53,180 nucleotides of DNA. It comes from Macrostomum lignano (lineage: Eukaryota). The stretch is from positions 1 to 53,180 of the forward strand of contig NIVC01002380.1 of the NCBI GenBank assembly GCA_002269645.1, written 5' to 3'. The notes below the pieces were generated by a model. It saw only the letters and a list, made by a program, of their open reading frames with translations. It searched no databases and was not told the DNA's origin. Position numbers and translations under genes: made by a program. This document shows, piece by piece, positions 14,635 through 25,500 of the stretch (the stretch's first letter is position 1; every line of letters begins with the position of its first letter).

Positions 14635-15420
14635 TCTGGATGGGGCTTCTCCTATTCTCAGTGGGGATTCTCCTATTCTCGGTGGGGATTCTGCCATTCT
14701 CGGTGGGGATTCTCCTATTCTCGGTGGGGATTCTCTTATTCTCGGTGGAGATTCTGCCATTCTCGGTGGGGATTCTCCTATTCTCGGTGGGGATTCTCCT
14801 ATTCTCAGTGGGGATTCTCCTATTCTCGGTGGGGATTCTCCTATTCTCGGTATGGATTCTGCCATCCTCGGTGGGATTCTCCTATTCTCGGTGGGGATTC
14901 TGCCATTCTCGGTGGGGATTCTCCTATTCTCGGTGGGGATTCTGCCATTCTCGGTGTGGATTCTCCTACTCTCAGTGGGGATTCTCCTATTCTCAGTGGG
15001 GATTCTCCTATTCTCAGTGGGGATTCTCCTATTCTCAGTGGGGATTCTCCTATTCTCAGTGGGGATTCTCCTACTCAGTGGGGATTCTCCTATTTTCGGT
15101 GGGGATTCTGCCATTCTCGGTGGGGATTCTCCTATTCTCAGTGGGGATTCTCCTATTCTCAGTGGGGATTCTCCTACTCTCAGTGGGGATTCTCCTTGTC
15201 CGGTGGAGGGGGGCTCTCTAGTGTGTGTTGAGATTCTCCTAGTCTGATTTGAGACTCTTCTAGTCTGGGTTGAGATTCTCCTAGTGTGAATTGAAATTCT
15301 CCTAGTCTGGGTTGAGATTTTCATAGTCTCGGTTGAGATTCTCCTATTCTGAGTTGAGATTCTCCTAGTCTGGGTTGAGATTCTCCTAGTCTGGGTTGAG
15401 ATTCTTCTAGTCTGTGTTGC
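14635..15420. repeat. 21-bp minisatellite (GGGGATTCTCCTATTCTCRGT) grading into a related 21-mer (GAGATTCTCCTAGTCTGGGTT)
   Basis: Direct reading. A minus-strand AG|GTGAGT donor at 15464 suggests it fills a 5' UTR intron of the neurensin-like gene. Confidence 0.95.
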
Positions 15421-15914
15421 TATGATAAATTGCCATTAAGATAACACTTGTAAAGATTACTCACCTAACCAACGGGCTGATATCTCTCACTGATGCTCTT
15501 TGAACCAAATGTATCTCAACTGGCTTGTCAGTGCACCCGAACAAGTTTATAGCCGGCAAAGTGAGCGGCTGGTCGCTGGATGAAGGGGAGAGAGCGGGGA
15601 TCTCGGACCCGATTCGCCGCCAGTCACTGCCCCCCCCCCACCAACAGGATGCCGGCAATTAGCAGAGCCGCTCCTGCCGAGCTCGGGCCCCCACAGCCCG
15701 GGAGGGTCAGTGAGCGAGAGGGCGATGTTCCCGCAACTGCAAGTGCAACTCAAATTCGGCAATTGCCCAGCACTGGCCAGAGCCGCCCTCTTGACAGTAG
15801 GGCCGCCTCTTGAAATATTCAATTTTTATATTCTCAAATTGAAATTACTCGCCGATTCTCGGGGGGACAAGGGAATTAATGAAGAATTTTTTTATTGCGT
15901 GAATGATGAAATGT

Positions 15915-16720
15915 CAGTGGGAATGAGCAGGAGAAACAGTGGGAATGAACAGGGGAGGCAGTGGGAATGAACAGGGGAGGCAGTGGGAATGAGCAGGAGA
16001 AACAGTGGGAATGAACAGGAGAGGCAGTGGGAATGAGCAGGAGAAACAGTGGGAATGAACAGGAGAAAAAGTGGGAATGAACAGGAGAGGCAGTGGGAAT
16101 GAACAGGAGAGGCAGTGGGAATGAGCAGGAGAAACAGTGGGAATGAACAGGAGAAAAAGTGGGAATGAACAGGAGAAAAAGTGGGAATGAACAGGAGAGG
16201 CAGTGGGAATGAACAGGGGAGGCAGTGGGAATGAACAGGAGAGGCAGTGGGAATGAACAGAGGAGGCAGTGGGAATGAACAGAGGAGGCAGTAGGAATGA
16301 ACAGGGGAGGCAGTGGGAATGAACAGGAGAGGCAGTGGGAATGAACAGAGGAGGCAGTGGGAATGAACAGAGGAGGCAGTAGGAATGAACAGGGGAGGCA
16401 GTGGGAATGAACAGGAGAAACAGTGGGAATGAACAGGGGAGGCAGTGGGAATGAACAGGAGAGGCAGTGGGAATGAACAGAGGAGGCAGTGGGAATGAAC
16501 AGAGGAGGCAGTAGGAATGAACAGGGGAGGCAGTGGGAATGAACAGGAGAGGCAGTGGGAATGAACAGAGGAGGCAGTGGGAATGAACAGAGGAGGCAGT
16601 AGGAATGAACAGGGGAGGCAGTGGGAATGAACAGGAGAAACAGTGGGAATGAACAGGGGAGGCAGTGGGAATGAACAGGAGAGGCAGTGGGAATGAACAG
16701 GGGAGGCAGTGGGAATGAAC
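15915..16720. repeat. 22-bp minisatellite A (CAGTGGGAATGAACAGGAGAGG)
   Basis: Direct reading; the 22-aa periodicity of the spurious ORFs equals 3 units. Confidence 0.95.
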
Positions 16721-17869
16721 AAGTGAGACACGGGAAATGAGCAGGTGAGACACGGGAAATGAGCAGGTGAGACACGGGAAATGAACAGGTGAGACACGGG
16801 AAATTAACAGGTGAGACACGGGAAATGAACAGGTGAGACACGGGAAATGAACAGGTGAGACACGGGAAATGAACAGGTGAGACACGAAATGAACAGGTGA
16901 GACACGGGAAATGAGAAGGTGAGACACGGGAAATGAACAGGTGAGACACGAAATGAACAGGTGAGCCACGGGAAATGAGCAGGTGAGACACGGGAAATGA
17001 ACAGGTGAGACACGGGAAATTAACAGGTGAGACACGGGAAATGAACAGGTGAGACACGGGAAATGAACAGGTGAGACACGGGAAATGAACAGGTGAGACA
17101 CGGGAAATGAGCAGGTGAGACACGGGAAATGAACAGGTGAGCCACGGGAAATGAACAGGTGAGACACGGGAAATTAACAGGTGAGACACGGGAAATGAAC
17201 AGGTGAGACACGGGAAATGAACAGGTGAGACACGAAATGAACAGGTGAGACACGGGAAATGAGAAGGTGAGACACGGGAAATGAACAGGTGAGACACGAA
17301 ATGAACAGGTGAGCCACGGGAAATGAGCAGGTGAGACACGGGAAATGAACAGGTGAGACACGGGAAATTAACAGGTGAGACACGGGAAATGAACAGGTGA
17401 GACACGGGAAATGAACAGGTGAGACACGGGAAATGAACAGGTGAGACACGGGAAATGAACAGGTGAGACACGAAATGAACAGGTGAGACACGGGAAATGA
17501 ACAGGTGAGACACAGGAAATGAACAGGTGAGACACGGGAAATGAACAGGTGAGACACGAAATGAACAGGTGAGACACGAAATGAACAGGTGAGACACGGG
17601 AAATGAGATGGTAAGACACGGGAAATGAACAGGTGAGACACGAAATGAACAGGTGAGCCACGGGAAATGAACAGGTGAGACACGAAATGAACAGGTGAGA
17701 CACGGGAAATGAGAAGGTGAGACACGGGAAATGAACAGGTGAGACACGGGAAATTAACAGGTGAGACATGGGAAATGAACAGGTGAGACATGGGAAATGA
17801 ACAGGTGAGACACGGGAAATGAACAGGTGAGACATGGGAAATGAACAGGTGAGACACGAAATGAACAGG
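16721..17869. repeat. 22-bp minisatellite B (GGGAAATGAACAGGTGAGACAC)
   Basis: Direct reading; shares the GGGAA(A)TGAACAGG core with array A; some units are shortened. Confidence 0.95.
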
Positions 17870-18322
17870 TCCTGCATGACAAGCCAGTTGGTAAACTCGC
17901 AGCAGACACTTCCGCCCCCAAGCAAAAAGGCGGCTGCAACAAACGGACTTCACTTCAAAGCTCCGTCTGCAGGAAATGCCGGCAGCCTCTGAGGGCTGGG
18001 CCGCAGACACGCGAGGCCGATTCAGTCGGCAAGGCGCCCGCCCGTCACGCAACACCGGACTTGGGCAGCAGGATTAGTCAAATCCCATCCGCCTCTCACC
18101 AAAGCTCGGTCGGCTTCCTCATTACCAAATCCTCGCGCCCGAGCACCTGACAGCCGCGGTGATGCTGATGGAAACTTGATGCAGCTGATCCGGCCCTGAC
18201 GGGGATTTGGAAAGCTGGCGGGACAAATCTCCCACAAGTGTGCGGCCGAATACGTATCCCGCAAATGAGCTGGGGAGCTCCGGCCTCATGGGAAACAGGG
18301 TCTCCGGCTGATGGGCGTCCAG

Positions 18323-18647
18323 GATGCAGGAATAGAATGGATTGCTAATCTAGCCTATCATGGATGCAGGAATAGAATGGATTGCTAATCTAGCCTATCA
18401 TGGATGCAGGAATAGAATGGATTGCTAATCTAGCCTATCACGGATGCAGGAATAGAATGGATTACTAATCTAGCCTATCATGGATGTAGGAATAGAATGG
18501 ATTGCTAATCTAGCCTATCACGGATGCAGGAATAGGATGGATTGCTAATCTAGCCTACAATGGATGCAGGAATAGAATGGATTGCTAATCTAGCCTATCA
18601 TGGATGCAGGAATAGAATGGATTGCTAATCTAGCCTACATAGATGCA
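18323..18647 (-). repeat. 40-bp satellite, reverse orientation, about 8 monomers
   Basis: GGATGCAGGAATAGAATGGATTGCTAATCTAGCCTATCAT is the reverse complement of the monomer at 1-13903. Confidence 0.98.
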
Positions 18648-20315
18648 TCATCATTACGTCCGCGCCGGTAAGGCCGTTGGTGCACCCATTTCTCGACAGC
18701 GGTTCTCCACCTCCTTCGAGCTAAGGCCGTCCAGCTCAGCTGCACCATCTTCTCCATTTCACTCCTTGAGATTGCCTGCTTGTCTCTTCGTCCCTCAACA
18801 GCAGTTTTAACCACAGCCTTCAGCACTCCAGCACTTCTCGCAACATGTCCGAAAAAGCGGAATTTCCTTCTCTTAATCAGATTCACAAAGCCCACCTCCT
18901 TTCCGTAGATCCTTATCACTTCCTTTTTTCCAGTCATCCTTCTGTAGGTCTTCATCCCGAAAGCTCTCGGTTTCTTTTCATCTTTCTTATCCATTGTCCA
19001 GCTCGTTGCCATGACTACCGATCCGATTAACCCTTACATTCAATAACTAAATCTGTCCCTCCTCTTGTCCGTCATCAAGTTTCCCCAAGTCTTCCCGTAA
19101 CCTGCAGAGCATCCGCATCTTCATCCAGGATGTCACCAACAAATCGGAGATCATTTATCCGTCTCCCGGCGCATCTCTCGCCTCGAAAATGGCCTTCAAG
19201 TGTTATTTTAATGATTCTCCCAAGACAAAAGTTGAACAGGACAGGCAACAGCGGGCATCCTTGTCGCAACCAACAGTAGTCCGGAACCACTCTGTAAACT
19301 ACTCACCAGACAGAACTTTAGATTTTAATCCATCGTGCAAGCTCCTGATCAACGCAGTTATTCTTTTCCCAATGTTATATACTTGCCCTTTGAGTACCAC
19401 AGTTCCTCATGTCAGACTCTATCAAAAGCTTTTCGAATATCTAAGTTGTGACAGATCGTTTTCAACGTCTCTTGCTTTCTCGCTCATAGTTCTCAAGGTC
19501 GCTATCTGTTGAGCAGTGCTTCTTCCTCTTCTGAATCACCTTTGACGCGTGACAGATTTAGTCTGATGGTTCCGTAGTCCGTACACTTCCTACTGTTAGT
19601 CTTCATTATGGTGATGAGAATACCTTTTGCTCACTGACTCGGCACCTTTCTTGTCTTCAGGATCTTTTTGCAAAGCTTGTGTAGCACTTTCGCTGTGATT
19701 TCCCAACCAACTTGAATGAGTTCTTGTTCTGCTTCAGCTTCCGACACTAAGATTTCTTCCTCTTCTTTGATGTGTTCCTGCTGCACAGCTTCATCTAGCA
19801 CTTTGGAGTCCTTCTGTACCTCCTAGTTGTGAAGATCTCTGCAATATTCTTCCCACATTTCTGCAGTATCCGCCTCAGTCTTGCAAGATCCCCATTTTCT
19901 ATTCCATGGCAGCTGTGTGCTTGCATTTGATCTCAGTTGCCCTCGTGCTACGTGGCTTCTTCATGACTTCATTAGACCTGATCAGTGTTGCTGCGTATCA
20001 TGCAGTCTTCCATTGCCCTGGTTTCGTCTTCCACCCCCTTGTTCTTCGCTTCGTTGAGTGCTTTTCTGCACTCTTTGCTGGCAGCTCTATACTCTCACAG
20101 ATCAGTTGCCTCCTGCTTCCTCTTCCTTCTCTTCTCCCTCTCTTGTTGCAGCTGTCCATCCCTCTCTTGTTACGCATTCTCTCGTATCCATGGCCTTTTG
20201 ATCTTCCTAGCTTTCCCCAACTGATTCTCAACAGTTTTCTATTGCAGAATGTTACAAATTTCGTCACACAACTTCTGCAGTTCTTGGTACAGCCAAGGAA
20301 GCGGCTCGAATCTCA
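18648..20315 (-). mobile_element. 5'-truncated, decayed RTE-clade LINE (RT and C-terminal region)
   Basis: Minus-strand peptides GRSTAQQIATLR, FTEWFRTTVG, RQGCPLLPVLFN..INDLRF(V)GDI, LIKRRKFRFFGHVAR; short (GAT)n tail at ~18648-18655; many stops and frameshifts. Confidence 0.9.
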
Positions 20316-21203
20316 GCAGGAATGGAATGGATTGCTTATCAGCCTATCATGGGTGCAGGAATAGAATGGATTGCTTATCAGCCTATCATGGATGCAGGAA
20401 TAGAATGGATTGCTTATCAGCCTATCATGGATGCAGGAATAGAATGGATTGCTAATCTAGCCTATCATGGATGCAGGAATAGAATGGATTGCTTATCAGC
20501 CTATCATGGATGCAGGAATAGAATGGATTGCTAATCTAGCCTATCATGGATGCAGGAATGGAATGGATTGCTAATCTAGCCTATCATGGATGCAGGAATG
20601 GAATGGATTGCTTATCAGCCTATCATGGGTGCAGGAATAGAATGGATTGCTAATCTAGCCTATCATGGATGCAGGAATAGAATGGATTGCTAATCTAGCC
20701 TATCATGGATGCAGGAATAGAATGGATTGCTAATCTAGCCTATCATGGATGCAGGAATAGAATGGATTGCTAATCTAGCCTATCATGGATGCAGGAATAG
20801 AATGGATTGCTAATCTAGCCTATCATGGATGCAGGAATAGAATGGATTGCTAATCTAGCCTATCATGGGTGCAGGAATAGAATGGATTGCTAATCTAGCC
20901 TATCATGGATGCAGGAATAGAATGGATTGCTAATCTAGCCTATCATGGGTGCAGGAATAGAATGGATTGCTAATCTAGCCTATCATGGATGCATGAATAG
21001 AATGGATTGCTAATCTAGCCTATCATGGATGCAGGAATAGAATGGATTGCTAATCTAGCCTATCATGGGTGCAGGAATAGAATGGATTGCTAATCTAGCC
21101 TATCATGGATGCAGGAATAGAATGGATTGCTAATCTAGCCTATCATGGGTGCAGGAATAGAATGGATTGCTAATCCAGCCTATCATGGATTGCTAATCTA
21201 GCC
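20316..21203 (-). repeat. 40-bp satellite, reverse orientation, about 22 monomers
   Basis: Same monomer; units next to the LINE carry a GCTTATCAGCC variant. Confidence 0.98.
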
Positions 21204-21951
21204 AGGATGAGGGAATGAACCATATATGAATAGAAACACACGGGAAGAGATCCGGTGCATCCGGCGTGGGTTGTGATGGAACGGCAGTGGAACACAGGCA
21301 GGTGTAGAACTCGGGACTCTCCTTATATTTAGCGCAGAGGCGGAGGCCAATGGCCTGGTAGAACAGCATCAGCCAACATTTCTTAGAAAAAGCGACCCTG
21401 CAGTGCCAGGACGCCCCAATAAAACATTAAGCAGCTGCAGGGCCGAGAAATTTACATTTATCAATTAAAACAAAAAGTACACAGGCTGTACTTTTAACTG
21501 ATCGACAGGTGGGTTAAGTTTGTAAACAGGCATATAGCAGAACGGGACAGGCGAGCTGGGAGGTGCTGCTGAGAGCAGGGAAAATTGCAGGCCACGGGCT
21601 GAACAAGCGGGGAGAAAGAGAAGCTGGGAGCAGCGGCAATCATCAGGGGCCGCTTGAAATGCAAAAGGCGGGGTGCTTAAAAACAGCAGAGCCGGGAGTG
21701 CAGCGCCACAGCTGACGGCTCCGGCTGAACATACTACTACTGAACAAACACACCGAGTAGTAAATAGAAGAGGCTGGACAATAGATGCAGTTCACAATAG
21801 CACTCAATTCAATTTTTTAATACATAACATACCAGTTTGAAATATTACTAACAGTAGTAAATATTGCACAGCTGGGCCCGGGTGCATCTGGCAGTGGGAA
21901 AATTTCTCCCTATTCAACGGCATACTTTTTAGATATGGCTTCCGTATGCAA

Positions 21952-22396
21952 TAATTCTCACTCCTGAACTCTGATAGCCAGCCCTGAATTCTCACTCCTG
22001 AACTCTGATAGCCAGCCCTGAAATCTCACTCCTGAACTTTGATAGCCAGCCCTGAATTCTCACTCCTGAACTCTGATAGCCAGCCCTGAATTCTCACTCC
22101 TGAACTCTGATAGCCAGCCCTGAATTCTCACTCCTGAACTCTGATAGCCAGTCCTGAATTCTCACTCCTGAACTCTGATAGCCAGTCCTGAATTCTCACT
22201 CCTGAACTCTGATAGCCAGCCCTGAATTCTCACTCCTGAACTCTGATAGCCAGCCCTGAATTCTCACTCCTGAACTTTGATAGCCAGCCCTGAATTCTCA
22301 CCCCTGAACTCTGATAGCCAGCCCTGAATTCTCACTCCTGAACTCTGATAGCCAGCCCTGAATTCTCACTCCTGAACTCTCATAGCCAGCCCTGAA
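21952..22396. repeat. 34-bp minisatellite (CTGAATTCTCACTCCTGAACTCTGATAGCCAGCC), about 13 copies
   Basis: Direct reading; lies downstream of the USP1 stop codon. Confidence 0.95.
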
Positions 22397-22573
22397 CCCT
22401 CAGTGAAGCGGGACAGAGACCACAGTCTCACATGGCGCACCCGACAAGCCCAACTCTACCTGAACAACAACAGAAAAGTACAAAAAAGGTCTCGAGCTTA
22501 TAAAAAACCGCTATCGAGACGCGGGCATTGGAAAATCGGATACAATAATGACAAAAGCTAATAAATTAATTGT

Positions 22574-25500
22574 CTAGGTACTTTGAGAGCCCGCAGCGGC
22601 AGCCGCACACGCCTCGGCGGGCCCTGCAGAGTACAGCACCACGTATGGCGTCTTGGAGGCTGTCTGGCTGGGTGACAGCACCATGTCCAGCTGGGCGGAG
22701 CCCACCGGCCTCACGTAGTCATCGTCGAAGCTGAACCAGCCGCTGCCGGGCTCGGGCAGGCGCACCAGGCTGGTGTAGTGGCCCGAGGAGATGGTCAGGC
22801 CGTCGTGAATGATCACAGCGTACAGCTCGTACCTGCGGCGGGCGGAGCGGCAGGGGGGCTTGAGAACTGACTACTTTGTACAGAGCCTCACTATAACCAG
22901 GCACCAGCGTCGGGTCGGGACAACTGCCTACTGGACATTCTAGAGGACAACTGTCTACTGGACATTCTAGAGGACAACTGCCTACTGGACATTCTAGAGG
23001 ACAACTGCCTACTGGACATTCTAGAGGACAACTGCCTACTGGACATTTTAGAGGACAACTGCCTACTGGACATTCTAGAGGACAACTGCCTACTGGACAT
23101 TCTAGAGGACAACTGCCTACTGGACATTCTAGAGGACAACTGCCTACTGGACATTCTAGAGGACAACTGCCTACTGGACATTCTAGAGGACAACTGCCTA
23201 CTGGACATTCTAGAGGACAACTGCCTACTGGACATTCTAGAGGACAACTGCCTACTGGACATTCTAGAGGACAACTGCCTACTGGACATTCTAGAGGACA
23301 AACGCCGACCCCCACCTAGAAGATCGAAGGACACCCACCTAGGGGACACCCCGAAGGACACCCCTCTTAGAGGACAACCCTGAAGGACACCCCCTCTAAA
23401 GGACAACCCGGACACCCACACAGTAGACAACCCCAAGGATAACCACTTAAAAAACACCCCTAAGGACACCCAGACCTGGAGAAGCCCCTAACCGCACGGA
23501 GACAGAACTACATACATTCAGATACGCGAACCAAAAGATATGACAGTCACTGCTGCTCACCTTCTCTCAGTTCCGTCGGGCTCGCTGTGCCGAAACTCGG
23601 CGGGTATTTGCACCGGCTCGTTGATCTTGGTGACGCAGCCGCGGCTGTCCAGGCTAAAGCGCTTCAGGTGTAGGCAGAGCAGGGGCGGGAGGCAGCCGTA
23701 GGTGAGGCGCAGACTGGCTTCCTGCAGCTCGCTGCACCGGTCGCACAGGAACTTGTCATCACCTGTCAGCCGCTCCTCCTCTCGCAGGGCGCAGTGGGGA
23801 AACGGCAGCTCGGAGTCCGCGTCTGAGTCTGAGATGGTAAATGAGTTGCGGCCTTTTTAGGTGCGGTTCACGGGACTGGTTGTGGTGAGGTTCACGGGAC
23901 TGGTTCTGGTGAGGTTTACGGGACTGGTTCTGGTGAGGTTTACGGGACTGGTTGTGGTGAGGTTCACGGGACTGGTTCTGGTGAGGTTCACGGGACTGGT
24001 TGTGGTGAGGTTCACGGGACTGGTTCTGGTGAGGTTCACGGGACTGGTTCCCTTGAGGTTCACGGGACTGGTTTGTGGTGAAGTTCACAGGACTGGTTCC
24101 CTTGAGGTTCACGGGACTGGTTTGTGGTGAGGTTCACAGGACTGGTTCCCTTGAGGTTCACGGGACTGGTTCTGGTGTGGTTCACGGGACTGGTTCTGGT
24201 GAGGTTCATGGGACTGGTTCTGGTGCGGTTCACGGGATTGGTTCTGGTTTGGTTCATGGGACTGGTTCTGGTGCGGTTCACGGGATTGGTTCTGGTGTGG
24301 TTAATGGGACTGGTTCTGGTGCGGTTCACGGGATTGGTTCTGGTGTGGTTCACTGGACTGGTTCTGGTGCGGTTCACGGGGGCTGGTTTGTGGTGAGGTT
24401 CACGGGGATCGGTTTGTGGTGAGTTTCACGGGGACTGGTTTGTGGTGAGGTTCACGGGGATCGGTTTGTGGTGAGGTTCACGGGGACTGGTTTGTGGTGA
24501 GGTTCACAGGGATCGGTTTGTGGTGAGGTTCACGGGGGCTGGTTTGTGGTGAGGTTCACGGGACTGGTTCTGGTGAGGTTCACGGAGACTGGTTGTGGCG
24601 CAGTTCACGGGATTTTAAAAGTGATTCACGGACTGGTAAAAGATTATTCAGCCTTGTAGAATAGTTTAGAATTTCACGGACTGGTCTGGGTAACACTAAC
24701 GCCATTGCGCAAAAGTTTAACAGGCTCACCAGTTGACATGTTCAACTGACCATCCGGCTCAGCAACAAGAGTTCGAACTTCGCCGCAAATCTGCGATTCA
24801 AACGCGTCGGCGCCGGTGGCAGCCGATGGGCCGGCGGCTCCGTCTGCAGGGGGCGAGCGACGATGAGGCCTGACTGGGCAGCTGATGATGCTGAATGGCT
24901 GGCATTTGACCGTCTCAGATTCGCACTCCATGCACCGGGTGGTGTACTGCTGCTGGCCTGGCAAAGTTCAATTAGAAATGGAAAGTTGGCCTGTATCAAT
25001 AAGCACTGGACAGCACCAGACACCTCACAGGATGTGACAGGATACTGTAAGCAAAGCCCAGGGTGCTTATCTATGTCAGATAAAGGCAATTTTCTTTGCC
25101 AGCTTTGAGCGATTCTCTATGCCAGCTCTGAGCGATTCTCTATGCTAGCTCCAGACGGTTCTCAATGCCAGCCCGAGGCGATTCTGAATGCCAGCCCCAG
25201 GTGATTGTCTATGCCAGCCCGAGGCGATTTTCTATGCCAGCTCCAGGCGATTCTCTATGCCAGCTCCAGGCGATTCTCTATGCCAGCTCCAGGCGATTCT
25301 CTATGCCAGTTCAAGGCGATTCGATGCCAGCTCCAGACAGTTCTCTATGCCAGCTAGAGCGATTCTCTATGCTAGCTCTGAGCGATTTTCAATGCCAGCC
25401 CCAGGCGATTGTCAATGCCAGCTCCAGGCGATTCTCTATGACAGCCCCAAACGATTCCCAATGCCAGCCCCAGGCGATTTTCAATGCCAGCCCCAGGCGA

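Noticed and set aside
14138-17942. Long ORFs of up to 623 aa across the 21- and 22-bp arrays
   Set aside because: Translations of stop-free repeat units, open in several frames; the plus-strand ones are antisense shadows of the GC-rich neurensin-like CDS.
18022-18264. GNEEADRAL resembling the RNase H GNExAD motif
   Set aside because: No preceding W..GH motif or other RNase H residues; probably chance.
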